Shown: in pieces, positions 8,646-17,845 of the stretch
How positions within the stretch are numbered: the stretch's first letter is position 1
Layout of the letters: the number at the start of each line of letters is the position of its first letter
Position numbers and translations under genes: made by a program
The notes under the pieces: generated by a model
The model's database searches: none
Told to the model about the DNA's origin: nothing
Seen by the model: only the letters and a program-made list of their open reading frames with translations
Source: Candidatus Saganbacteria bacterium
GTDB taxonomy: Bacteria > Margulisbacteria > WOR-1 > JAKLHX01
DNA length: 32,000 nucleotides
Direction: 5' to 3'
Assembly: GCA_026387835.1 (NCBI GenBank)
Contig: JAPLKZ010000004.1
Span: 73,931 to 105,930 of the forward strand

Positions 8646-9344
8646 TCAGGCCCTTAGCCTTTTTATTTCCTCTTCGGTCAAATGTCTCCATTTGCCGGTC
8701 ATGAGGTCCCCCAGTTCCAGCTCTTTTATCCTTATTCTTTTAAGTCTTACCACTTTCTTTCCTATCGCCTGGCACATCCTTCTTATCTGCCTTTTTTTGC
8801 CTTCTTTGATTATTATCCTGAAAGAATTTTTGCCGGTCTGTTTGAGTTTACAGGGTTTTGTCCTCCCCTCTTCAATGACCACGCCCCTTTCGAGCGACTT
8901 CAGCTCTTCAGCCTTTATCTCTTCAGCGTTTACTTTAACTTCGTATTCCTTCTCGCATTCGTATCTAGGATGCGTAAGGCGGTTCGCGAGCTCTCCGTCG
9001 TTCGTCAGGAGTATCAGGCCCTCGGAATCTTTATCCAAACGGCCCACGGGAAATACTTTCTCATTTATCTTGACAAGGTCAACAAGTGCCGCGCCCTGGG
9101 ACCTGGAACATGAAGATATATAACCCTGGGGTTTGTTAAGTGCAATATATATATTTTTCTGGCCAGGTTTTATAAGACGGCCTTTTACGGTGATCTCGTC
9201 TTTATCAGGATCGATGCTCTGCCCGATCATGGCAAGACGTTTGTTCGCGCACACCAGCCCGTCTTCGATCATCTTTTCGGACGCCCTGCGCGAAGCAACC
9301 CCGCACTGGGAAAGATATTTCTGGATGCGTATATTTTCTTTCAT
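8646..9344 (-). CDS. 23S/16S rRNA pseudouridine synthase, RsuA/RluB family with S4 domain
   Basis: 232 aa; S4 domain IRIQKYLSQCGVASRRASEKMIEDG, GRLDKDSEGLILLTNDGELANRLTHP, KEGKKRQIRRMCQAIGKKVVRLKRIRI. Confidence 0.92.
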   Translation of the reverse strand: MKENIRIQKYLSQCGVASRRASEKMIEDGLVCANKRLAMIGQSIDPDKDEITVKGRLIKPGQKNIYIALNKPQGYISSCSRSQGAALVDLVKINEKVFPVGRLDKDSEGLILLTNDGELANRLTHPRYECEKEYEVKVNAEEIKAEELKSLERGVVIEEGRTKPCKLKQTGKNSFRIIIKEGKKRQIRRMCQAIGKKVVRLKRIRIKELELGDLMTGKWRHLTEEEIKRLRA

Positions 9345-9703
9345 TCAATATCCCTTGTGAGGATGAGATCAAATCCGGTCCCAATAAAGTTTTTTTCAAT
9401 AACATCACCCGTTTTCCCCTGTGTTTTTATCCTGATATGTTTTATCCTTTCCATCGCATCGAACATCTTCTCTTTTGGTATCGGCTTGTTTGTCCTTACC
9501 GGCACCATCCTAAGTTCAAGGCCTTCCGCCAGTATCGTCGATGTCAGTATCCTCGCCGGACATTCTATTTCATTCTTCGCGTATGTCTCGCCTTTTTTGC
9601 ATTCATTGCCTTTTATGAACATGAACTTTCCCGACTCGGCCTCTATCTCGAGCCTGCAACTTTTGGGACATTCGATGCATGTTATCCGCTTGTTCTCTAC
9701 CAT
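9341..9703 (-). CDS. DUF1667 family cysteine-rich protein
   Basis: 120 aa; N-terminal CIECPKSCRLEIE and GNECKKGETYAKNEIECPARILTST, followed by VPVRTNKPIPKEKMFDAM; found beside GlpA-like and FAD oxidoreductase genes as in clostridial glp clusters. Confidence 0.85.
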   Translation of the reverse strand: MVENKRITCIECPKSCRLEIEAESGKFMFIKGNECKKGETYAKNEIECPARILTSTILAEGLELRMVPVRTNKPIPKEKMFDAMERIKHIRIKTQGKTGDVIEKNFIGTGFDLILTRDIE

Positions 9704-9721
9704 ATTATCCTCAATTCAATT

Positions 9722-9805
9722 AATGACTAATTACTAATGACTAATGTCTAATTAATGTAAAATATTATGATCTAATAATTATTCCTTAATTAGTCATTAG
9801 TAATT
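9722..9805. repeat. palindromic AT-rich element, copy A
   Basis: Terminal inverted repeats AATTACTAATGACTAAT (9729-9745) and ATTAGTCATTAGTAATT (9789-9805), perfect 17-bp complement; internal sequence shared with copies B and C. Confidence 0.85.
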
Positions 9806-10832
9806 TCCCTGATGCTCCAATATATTCTGCCGCCGTCCTCCCGGCTAAAATACTGTCTTTCGTCACAGAATCCGCTATATCATAGACTTTATACGAATTC
9901 CCGCAGCAAAATATTCCCGGGATAGATGTTTGATTTATCTGTCCGGAAACTGGGGAATTCGTGTTTTTATCTATCTGTGCACCGGCCATTTCCAGAAGTT
10001 CGTTCTCCGGTATTAGGCCTACCGACATCAGGACTGTGTCGCATCCGATATGGAATATCGAATCCGGAATATCTTTGAGGCTTTCATCGACATTAACCAC
10101 ATCAACACCTTCTACTCTGTCTTTTCCATAGATCCTCGAAACCCTGTGCCTGTAATAGATCGGGATATCAAAATCTTCTATACATTGGGAAATGTTCCTT
10201 TTAAGCCCCCTGCTCTCTTTAAGTATTTCGATGACAGCTTTTACTTTTGCTCCTTCAAGCGTGAACCTCCTCGCCATTATGAGACCGATATCCCCGGAAC
10301 CGATGATTACAACTTCCCTCCCAGGCAAAAGCCCTTCAATATTAATAAGCTTTTGGGCAAGTCCTGCCGAGAAAACACCTGACGGTCTCGTGCCGGGAAT
10401 ATGCGTCATCTCCCTTGTCTTCTCCCTGCATCCGGTCGCCATGATCACCGCTTTTGCTTTCACTTGCTCTAACCTTCCCGGCTTTATGTAAGTGATCACC
10501 TTTTCGCCCTCACCCTTCCCCTCTCCCAGAGGGAGAGGGTGGTTATCCATAGAATTGATTTCCAACTTCACCACGAACGACTTTAAGCTTATCTCGATCC
10601 CTTTAATATCCCTGACTTTTTTTATGAACCTGTCCGCGTATTCCGGGCCAGTTAAAATATCCTTAAAATATTCGAGTCCGAAACCTGTATGTATGCACTG
10701 GTTCAGTATCCCGCCAAGATACTGGTCTCTTTCAAGCAAAAGGATGTCCTTAATACCGCATTCATACGCAGAAATGGCAGCCGCCATACCAGCTGGGCCT
10801 CCACCGACGATTATTAACTCTCGTTGTTCCAT
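9786..10832 (-). CDS. NAD(P)/FAD-dependent oxidoreductase (NAD(FAD) dehydrogenase-like partner of GlpA/DUF1667)
   Basis: 348 aa; IIVGGGPAGMAAAISAYECG, LNQCIHTGFGL, MATGCREKTR, VVIIGSGDIGLIMARR, GIFCCGNSYKVYDIADSVTKDS. Confidence 0.88.
   Translation of the reverse strand: MEQRELIIVGGGPAGMAAAISAYECGIKDILLLERDQYLGGILNQCIHTGFGLEYFKDILTGPEYADRFIKKVRDIKGIEISLKSFVVKLEINSMDNHPLPLGEGKGEGEKVITYIKPGRLEQVKAKAVIMATGCREKTREMTHIPGTRPSGVFSAGLAQKLINIEGLLPGREVVIIGSGDIGLIMARRFTLEGAKVKAVIEILKESRGLKRNISQCIEDFDIPIYYRHRVSRIYGKDRVEGVDVVNVDESLKDIPDSIFHIGCDTVLMSVGLIPENELLEMAGAQIDKNTNSPVSGQINQTSIPGIFCCGNSYKVYDIADSVTKDSILAGRTAAEYIGASGKLLMTN
10502..10545. repeat. small GC-rich palindromic repeat inserted in frame in an ORF (encodes NHPLPLGEGKGEG on the minus strand)
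   Basis: 9-bp perfect inverted repeat CCCTCTCCC (10519-10527) / GGGAGAGGG (10531-10539) in a C-rich tract CGCCCTCACCCTTCCCCTCTCCC; peptide interrupts an otherwise conventional oxidoreductase. Confidence 0.6.
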
Positions 10833-10842
10833 ATTATCTTTA

Positions 10843-10939
10843 AATGACTAATTACTAATGACTAATGTCTAATTAATGAAAATATTATTATTAAATAATT
10901 ACTCCTTCATTAGTCATTAAGAATTAGTCATTAGTAATT
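10843..10939. repeat. palindromic AT-rich element, copy B
   Basis: Termini AATTACTAATGACTAAT (10850-10866) and ATTAGTCATTAGTAATT (10923-10939); reverse complement of 10842-10940 matches 29996-30094 at 98/99 nt by eye. Confidence 0.9.
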
Positions 10940-12423
10940 CTCCTGCCCCCTTTTATCATCTCCGATCCTTTTCCTCTCTTTGTTATTTTGGTTATCGGGA
11001 TAAACATTTCCTCGGCCAAAATCTTCATCGCCCTTGTCGTGCAGAAGCTTCCGTGACATCTGCCCGACTGGCATCTCGTGCGGAACTTTATCCCGTCCAT
11101 CGTCCGCGCCCCGCGTTTCACGGCTTCCCTTATTTCTTTTGCCGACACCATCTCGCATCTGCAGATTATATCGCCGTACGAAGGATCCTTAGAGATAAAA
11201 TCTCTTATCTTTTTAAAAGGCATCTCAAAAATATGGACGGTCCTTTTTCTGTGTTTCTTAAAGAAAAGTTTTCTTCTCATAGACAGTCCGTTCTTTTTTA
11301 ATATGTCTTTGACCATCAGCGCTATCGCAGGAGCTGAAGTCAGCCCGGGTGACTGTATGCCGGCGACATTCACGAAACCCGGGACTTTATCCTCATGGCG
11401 GATTATAAAATCTTCGCCGGCTACAGGCCTGAGTCCCGCAAAATACGCGATTATGTCATTTTCGCTGATGGTCGGGATCATCTTCCGGACGCTTTCTATC
11501 ACCTTTTTCATTCCTTCATCCGTTGTTGAAAGATCTTCTTTTGAATCTACCTCTTCGGCGGTGGGACCTACCATCGGATTTCCATCTGCAGTCTTTATGA
11601 CAAGGATGCCTTTTGAGTTCTTTTGCGGAAGAGGAAAGAGCAAGTGTCTGGTTATATGCTCTTTTTTCTTATCGAGAATGAACTCCTCGCCTTTCCTGGG
11701 TTTGATCGTAAAAGTATCAATATCGACAAGTCTTGAAACATCATCAGCGTAAAGACCCGCACAATTGATCACAAACCGCGACCGGAAGGTTCCGTTTGAG
11801 GTGACGATCTCAAATCTGGGGTCATTGCTGCCGACATAATACGGGGATCTCTTTATGGAAACGACTTTTTCTCCGGTCAAAATCGTCACCCCGTTGGCAG
11901 CAGCGTTCTCCGCTATATCATAAACAAACCTGTACGGGCTTATTATGCCTGCCGTAGGAGCGAAAAGCGCCGCCACGACATCTCCAGTAAGATTTGGTTC
12001 ATTTGCTTTTAACCACGCGCGGTCAACTATCCGAAGTGACGGGACACCAAGCTTTTCCGCTTCGGCCTTGATCTCATTAAGACGTAATATATCTTCCTGT
12101 GAGGATGCAAGAATGAGCTCGCCGACTTCCCTGAAATCGACACCCAGCTCTTTCGCCCACTGCCTGACAAGTCTGTTTCCCTGCACGCAAAGCCTGCCTT
12201 TTAATGAGCCTGCAGGGTTCTGCGTTCCCGGATGGATTATCCCGCTGTTCGATTTTGATACTCCGAAAGCAAGCTCTTCTTCTTTTTCAAGGAGGGCTGT
12301 TGAAAGTCTATAGCGGGATAATTCTCTGGCAATCGCAGTACCTGTTACTCCCCCGCCGATTATCAGGACATCGTATATACCATTCATAGATGTCATTTTA
12401 ATGATGATGGCGGTATTTATCAA
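10924..12423 (-). CDS. FAD-dependent oxidoreductase, GlpA-like (anaerobic glycerol-3-phosphate dehydrogenase type) with BFD-like [2Fe-2S] C-terminus
   Basis: 499 aa (start probably a few codons in, at MTSMNGIYDV or MNGIYDV); YDVLIIGGGVTGTAIARELSRY, KEEELAFGVSKSNSGIIHPG, IPTISENDIIAYFAGLRP, C-terminal CRCEMVSAKEIREAVKRGARTMDGIKFRTRCQSGRCHGSFC. Confidence 0.88.
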   Translation of the reverse strand: MINTAIIIKMTSMNGIYDVLIIGGGVTGTAIARELSRYRLSTALLEKEEELAFGVSKSNSGIIHPGTQNPAGSLKGRLCVQGNRLVRQWAKELGVDFREVGELILASSQEDILRLNEIKAEAEKLGVPSLRIVDRAWLKANEPNLTGDVVAALFAPTAGIISPYRFVYDIAENAAANGVTILTGEKVVSIKRSPYYVGSNDPRFEIVTSNGTFRSRFVINCAGLYADDVSRLVDIDTFTIKPRKGEEFILDKKKEHITRHLLFPLPQKNSKGILVIKTADGNPMVGPTAEEVDSKEDLSTTDEGMKKVIESVRKMIPTISENDIIAYFAGLRPVAGEDFIIRHEDKVPGFVNVAGIQSPGLTSAPAIALMVKDILKKNGLSMRRKLFFKKHRKRTVHIFEMPFKKIRDFISKDPSYGDIICRCEMVSAKEIREAVKRGARTMDGIKFRTRCQSGRCHGSFCTTRAMKILAEEMFIPITKITKRGKGSEMIKGGRRITND

Positions 12424-12491
12424 CCGGTTGAGATCTAAATCGCGTGAAATTCCAGATAATTTTTAACGATAGATATAGTAGAGGGATATAA

Positions 12492-14699
12492 ATGGCTGTC
12501 TCGATGATCAACGGAGTAAGGGCAAATCCGCTTTACGTGAGCAAATCCGGCCCAAGATTCGCATGCATACAGACCCAGGGGATGGGACGTATTTTATTCG
12601 GTGCGCCTCCCGAAGTCATAAAGCATTTCATGCCTGACTTTTTTATTTCAAAAGACCCTTCCAAAATACCTACTACTCTAGTCGCTCCGAGGAATCTTTT
12701 TTCAAACGGGCATATTCTCCTTGAACCGGAGTTCCCTCAGTACGCTAATACGTATTTTGCGAACCGCAATCTCAGGATACTCGCGACCGGTGAACAGACA
12801 TCAAGGATAAAGACCATACTCGGAGAGGCAAATTTCGGACCTTTGGATATCATGCCTGCAGATATAAGAAGGGAGATAGAATATTTCGCGCCGAAGAAGC
12901 CCGACAGTACGATGAAGACCATAAACGACATGGTGGATTTTAGGGAACTGGATGAAAGATCGGAGTTCAAACTGAACGGAGTGACGATCAGGAACATCGG
13001 AGAGGGCGTTTTCAGGGTATCCGAGCACGGGAGAGAGATCGCCACTGTCGATACTTCGGTCTTTGAGAACAACGGTAACGGCAAGATCGAATTTGCCAAT
13101 CAGCCGTTCATACCGCCTGTGTTCGGGATGACATTCGTGGGCACGACAAGCGGATTTGATGCCTCCGGAAGGACTACAAGCATGATCCTGTGGGCCGGAA
13201 CAGGCAGGAAAGGCATCTTTATAGATCCTCTTTCAGACCCGCAAGCCGCGCTTGCTAAACTCGGGATAGAGGTGACCAGCATCCCTCACGTGTTCCTGTC
13301 GCACACGCATGCCGATCATGATGCGGGCGTGCTCGCAAGCGTACTGAACGGTAACAGGGTCAATCTCATAGCATCTGCCTTGACGTATGCAAGCTTTTTA
13401 AGGAAAGGACAAGCATACAGCGGGATCGACATCTCTCATCTAATAAGCTGGATAGAAGCTCGTTTTGGGGAGACGCTGAAGATCCCCGGAATGCCGGCGC
13501 TTGAACTCGATATATCAAGGGCCTTCCATTTTGTACCGACCACAAGGTTCATTGCGAGATTCACCGATAATATCCCCGGCCTGCCCAATCGCGAGAGATC
13601 GATCGCATACAGCGCAGATACCCTTTATGGTCGGGAAATCCTTGCCAAATGCAAGGAGATCGGCGTGATAAATACTGAAAGACACAGAGACCTCACGGAT
13701 TTTGTAGAAAAATGTCCGGCGGACAGACTTGTTCATGAAGCAGGCAATGTTCCCCATACGGACCCTTTGAATTTCGCGGGGCTTACGGACGAGATAAAAC
13801 GAAAGATGGTCCTGGTGCATACGGGCAAAGTTCCGGACGGCGTGAACATCCCTATCGCAAGGGAAAGAGAGACTATTCCGCTTATATCTTCAAGGGACGA
13901 GACCGCGGAAATATTCCAGGCTATGTCGGGCAATAGGATATTCGGCAGCCTTCCCGCACGCCTCATCTCGCAGGTCGCCCGGAATTCAAGGATGCGGCTT
14001 TTTATAGACGGGGAAAATATCGCCCGCGAGGGTGATCCCGGCGATAATTTTTATTTTATTATAAACGGCCATGCCAGTGTCGAGGCCAAAGGCATCCAGG
14101 CAGTGCTTAAAGCCGGGGACTATTTCGGGGAAGCAAGCCTTTTGACCGGACTTCCCAAGAACGCTACCATCAAAGGTCTCTCTTCGGGGTCTTTGATAGA
14201 GATCACGAGACATGATTTTGAGCTTATGATAAAAAAGGTCCCCGAACTGCGCAGCAGGCTCAAAAACGTTCTTGAAACAAGGCCTACACTTTCCCAGATC
14301 GTGTTCTTAAAAAACCTGAAAGCCGATGCCCTGGCCGACCTTTCGTCAAGGTTTGAAGTGAAACGCGCCAGAAAAGGACAGAAGATCATCAGGCAGGGAC
14401 AACAGGGAGATGCCCTTTACGTGATCAAAAAAGGACAGGTAAAGATCGTACACAAAAATGAAAAAGGACGGGTTGTACTGAAAGCTACTCTCGGTGAAAA
14501 TGAGGTATTCGGCGAAATATCTCTTGTAAAAAACATGAAATGCACCGCGACAGTAGAGATTGTTTCCGAAGGGGCGGAGTTGCTTCAGCTTCCCAGGAAA
14601 GAATTCGATGACATCAGGGAAGATATGCCGGGGCTGATCTTTCATCTCACCAGACTTGCGCAGCAAAGGCTTGATCAGCTCAACAAGAGCGCTAAATAG
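12492..14699 (+). CDS. multidomain protein: metallo-beta-lactamase fold followed by two cyclic-nucleotide-binding (CAP-ED/cNMP) domains
   Basis: 735 aa; HVFLSHTHADHDAG (HxHxDH), YSADTLYG, then FIDGENIAREGDPGDNFYFIINGHASVEAKG...YFGEASLLTG and KIIRQGQQGDALYVIKKGQVKIVHKNEKG...VFGEISLVKN. Confidence 0.88.
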   Translation: MAVSMINGVRANPLYVSKSGPRFACIQTQGMGRILFGAPPEVIKHFMPDFFISKDPSKIPTTLVAPRNLFSNGHILLEPEFPQYANTYFANRNLRILATGEQTSRIKTILGEANFGPLDIMPADIRREIEYFAPKKPDSTMKTINDMVDFRELDERSEFKLNGVTIRNIGEGVFRVSEHGREIATVDTSVFENNGNGKIEFANQPFIPPVFGMTFVGTTSGFDASGRTTSMILWAGTGRKGIFIDPLSDPQAALAKLGIEVTSIPHVFLSHTHADHDAGVLASVLNGNRVNLIASALTYASFLRKGQAYSGIDISHLISWIEARFGETLKIPGMPALELDISRAFHFVPTTRFIARFTDNIPGLPNRERSIAYSADTLYGREILAKCKEIGVINTERHRDLTDFVEKCPADRLVHEAGNVPHTDPLNFAGLTDEIKRKMVLVHTGKVPDGVNIPIARERETIPLISSRDETAEIFQAMSGNRIFGSLPARLISQVARNSRMRLFIDGENIAREGDPGDNFYFIINGHASVEAKGIQAVLKAGDYFGEASLLTGLPKNATIKGLSSGSLIEITRHDFELMIKKVPELRSRLKNVLETRPTLSQIVFLKNLKADALADLSSRFEVKRARKGQKIIRQGQQGDALYVIKKGQVKIVHKNEKGRVVLKATLGENEVFGEISLVKNMKCTATVEIVSEGAELLQLPRKEFDDIREDMPGLIFHLTRLAQQRLDQLNKSAK

Positions 14700-14710
14700 A
14701 ATAGATTGTT

Positions 14711-16177
14711 TTATTTCTCCAGCGTTCTCTCAACCGCTTTCTTCCACCCCTCATAAAGTTCTTTTGACTTTGCAGTATTTTGAGGTTTAAATACTTTATC
14801 AGCTCTCCCGTATCTTTCAATTTCTTTCGTGCTTTTCCAGAAACCGACAGCCAGTCCCGCAAGGTAGGCCGCACCAAGAGAAGTGGTCTCTATGATTCTC
14901 GGTCTTATCACAGCTGTCCCGAGGATATCCGCCTGGAACTGGCATAGCAAATTATTGACCACAGCTCCCCCGTCAACCTTCAATCCATTGATCGTTAAGC
15001 CCGAATCCTTTTTCATGGCTTCGATGACATCCTTTGTCTGATAGCACATCGCTTCAATTGCCGCGCGGACAAGATGGGCTCTTTTTGTCCCCCTGGTCAG
15101 GCCGCAGATTAATCCTCTGGCTGCCGGGTCCCAGTACGGAGCGCCGAGCCCTGCCAGCGCAGGGACAAAGTAAACGCCTTCATTATCTTTTATTGAAAGC
15201 GCCAGTTTTTCCGATTCAGATGCTTTTGTTATCAATTTAAGGCCGTCCCTGAGCCATTGTATCGCTGCACCCGCTATGAAGACAGAACCTTCAAGAACAT
15301 AGACAGGTTCGCCTTTCGGGCCGCAGCCTAGAGTGGTGATAAGACCGTGTTTTGAATCTATTTTCTCCCTGCCGGTGTTAAGAAGCAGGAAAGCGCCCGT
15401 TCCGTAAGTGTTCTTGACCGTGCCAGGGTAAAAACACGCTTGGCCGAACAATGCCGCCTGCTGGTCGCCGGCTATTCCGCAGATTGGTATGCCGGCAGGC
15501 AGTTTTCCGGTCTTCACGGTCTCCCCGAACTTTCCTGATGAATTTTTAACTTCGGGAAGGATGCTTTCCGGAATGTTGAATATCTTTAATAGATCTTTGT
15601 CCCATTTTTTTTTTTTTATATTTAACAGCATCGTCCTCGACGCATTCGTATAATCCGTTGCATGGACCTTGCCGCCTGTCAATTTCCACAAGACCCATGA
15701 ATCAGTAGTCCCGAACTTTAATTGTTTAGATTTAAACTTTTTATCTCTTTTAAGTATCCACTCCGCCTTCGTCGCAGAAAAATATGCGTCTATCGGCAGA
15801 CCCGTCTTTTGTTTTATCTTTCTGCTTAAACCTTCAGCCTTCAACTTTTCACATCTTTTTGCCGTCCTCCGACACTGCCACACTATCGCGTTATAGACCG
15901 GTTTCCCTGTTTTTTTATCCCATACGATCGTCGTCTCTCTCTGGTTGGTTATACCTATCGCTGCTATCGATGAAGGATCGATCTTTGAAAGCACTTTTTG
16001 GATGGAATTATTCACGCTCTTCCAGATCTCTTCCGGCTTGTGTTCTACCCATCCTGGTTTTGGAAAATATTGGGGAAATTCCTCGTATGCGCTCGCAACG
16101 ATCGTCCCGTTCTTGTCATAGATGACCGCGCGGCTGCCTGTCGTCCCCTGGTCTATGGAAAGAATGCATCTTTTCAA
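14711..16177 (-). CDS. glpK: glycerol kinase
   Basis: 488 aa; [104 protein letters not shown]. Confidence 0.97.
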   Translation of the reverse strand: MKRCILSIDQGTTGSRAVIYDKNGTIVASAYEEFPQYFPKPGWVEHKPEEIWKSVNNSIQKVLSKIDPSSIAAIGITNQRETTIVWDKKTGKPVYNAIVWQCRRTAKRCEKLKAEGLSRKIKQKTGLPIDAYFSATKAEWILKRDKKFKSKQLKFGTTDSWVLWKLTGGKVHATDYTNASRTMLLNIKKKKWDKDLLKIFNIPESILPEVKNSSGKFGETVKTGKLPAGIPICGIAGDQQAALFGQACFYPGTVKNTYGTGAFLLLNTGREKIDSKHGLITTLGCGPKGEPVYVLEGSVFIAGAAIQWLRDGLKLITKASESEKLALSIKDNEGVYFVPALAGLGAPYWDPAARGLICGLTRGTKRAHLVRAAIEAMCYQTKDVIEAMKKDSGLTINGLKVDGGAVVNNLLCQFQADILGTAVIRPRIIETTSLGAAYLAGLAVGFWKSTKEIERYGRADKVFKPQNTAKSKELYEGWKKAVERTLEK

Positions 16178-16178
16178 A

Positions 16179-17003
16179 TCAGTCCTCTTTTTTCAGCCAT
16201 TGCATAATATCGTCAAATACTTTTTCTCTTCCCTTTTCTATCGAAAGCGCGTGCAGCATCTCGGGATATTGTATAAGTTTTTTATCGTCGACCTTCAGTT
16301 TTTTGAATATCTTTTTCGCGGCCGGGGGGTCCACCAGAGTATCTTTATCGTCACCTGCCAAAAGGAACAATACGGGTATCTTTATTTTTTTCGCATTCAT
16401 CGCCGACAATATCTGAGCAAATATTATTTCAAGAAGAAGTCTTGGGGTTGCGAACCTGTGCTCGTCAGGATTCTGGTCCATGACATTTTGATACTGCGTG
16501 TCCCGCGTGCACATCTTTGAATTAAAAGGCACTATGAACTGCTTTCTCGGGGCAAATATCACTGAAAGCAATATCGATATCATCTGGCCAGGAGGGAATT
16601 TTATCCTGCTTGCGAACGCCGGAGAGATGCAGATCAGGCCGTCGAACAGGTCGCCATATGATATCGCTATCATGAAAGATATCAGCGCTCCCATGCTTTC
16701 GCCGAGGATGAATATCTTTTTTCCGGGATGATCCTTCTTTATCATCTTATAAAGCAAAAGTATGTCTTTATAATAGGTCCGCAGCGAATCGATATGGCCT
16801 TTTAATCCTTTTGTCCTGCCGAAACCTTTGAGTTCGACAGCATAAGATGAGACATTGTTTTGTTTAAAATACTCGGAGAGGAATTGCCACCTGCCCGTGT
16901 GAGCGCCGAGGCCGTGGACCAGGAGCAACACTGCCTGCGGGTCATCGCACTGTGATTTTATGTATTCTATGCCATCTTCTTTGATAAGCTGGACAACCTG
17001 CAT
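16179..17003 (-). CDS. alpha/beta hydrolase, monoacylglycerol lipase-like (lysophospholipase family)
   Basis: 274 aa; [14 protein letters not shown] oxyanion region, nucleophile elbow [32 protein letters not shown], catalytic His region [10 protein letters not shown]. Confidence 0.87.
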   Translation of the reverse strand: MQVVQLIKEDGIEYIKSQCDDPQAVLLLVHGLGAHTGRWQFLSEYFKQNNVSSYAVELKGFGRTKGLKGHIDSLRTYYKDILLLYKMIKKDHPGKKIFILGESMGALISFMIAISYGDLFDGLICISPAFASRIKFPPGQMISILLSVIFAPRKQFIVPFNSKMCTRDTQYQNVMDQNPDEHRFATPRLLLEIIFAQILSAMNAKKIKIPVLFLLAGDDKDTLVDPPAAKKIFKKLKVDDKKLIQYPEMLHALSIEKGREKVFDDIMQWLKKED

Positions 17004-17068
17004 GAGGGAATTATAGCATCTTTAAAAAGATCGGATAACCCGGCGGAAAGATAGGTTATAATTGAGTT

Positions 17069-17845
17069 GTGGAAGATAAAAATTGTTATTCGATAACTGC
17101 CAGGGACCTTTTTAAAGCCTTCGGCAAGACCATTGCCGTTGACCATATCAGTTTCGATGTCTCCTGCGGCCAGTGTTTCGGGCTTCTCGGGCCCAACGGT
17201 GCCGGAAAGACCACGACAATAAACATGCTTGTGACACTATTGAAGCCTACTTCTGGCAGTGCATCAGTAGCCGGATTCGACGTCATAAAGAATAAGAACG
17301 ACGTGAGAAAGAGCATCGGCATCGTTTTTCAGGAACCGGCGCTAGATTCAAAGCTCACCGGCAAGGAAAATCTCGAATTCCACGCAATGATGTACGGCAT
17401 CGGACCGAAAGAAAGGAACGCCAAGATAAAAGACCTCCTGGACCTTGTCGAGCTTACCGAAAAACAAGACGTTCTGGTAAGCAATTATTCGGGCGGCATG
17501 AAAAGGCGGCTTGAGATAGCAAGAGGCCTTATCCAGAAGCCCAAAGTCCTTTTCCTTGACGAACCGACGCTCGGTCTTGATTCGCAGACCAGAAGGCTTA
17601 TATGGGAATATATAAAAAAGCTCAACAAGGAAAAAGGCGTGACGATAATACTGACCACACATTATATGGAGGAAGCCGATTATTTATGCGACAGGATCGC
17701 GATAATCGATCACGGCAAGATCGTCGCGATCGACACACCCGACGAACTCAAAAAGCTTACTGGAAAAGAAGATCTGGAGGACGTGTTCATTCATTTTACG
17801 GGAAATAAGATTAGAAATATCGAAGAAAGGGAGAGATACTGGTAA
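17069..17845 (+). CDS. ABC transporter ATP-binding protein (DrrA/CcmA-type)
   Basis: 258 aa; Walker A LLGPNGAGKTTTINML, signature NYSGGMKRRLEIARGLI, Walker B VLFLDEPTLGLD. Confidence 0.96.
   Translation: MEDKNCYSITARDLFKAFGKTIAVDHISFDVSCGQCFGLLGPNGAGKTTTINMLVTLLKPTSGSASVAGFDVIKNKNDVRKSIGIVFQEPALDSKLTGKENLEFHAMMYGIGPKERNAKIKDLLDLVELTEKQDVLVSNYSGGMKRRLEIARGLIQKPKVLFLDEPTLGLDSQTRRLIWEYIKKLNKEKGVTIILTTHYMEEADYLCDRIAIIDHGKIVAIDTPDELKKLTGKEDLEDVFIHFTGNKIRNIEERERYW

Noticed and set aside
11078-11752. 224-aa plus-strand ORF
   Set aside because: Antisense to the GlpA-like gene; Ser/Pro-rich shadow translation.
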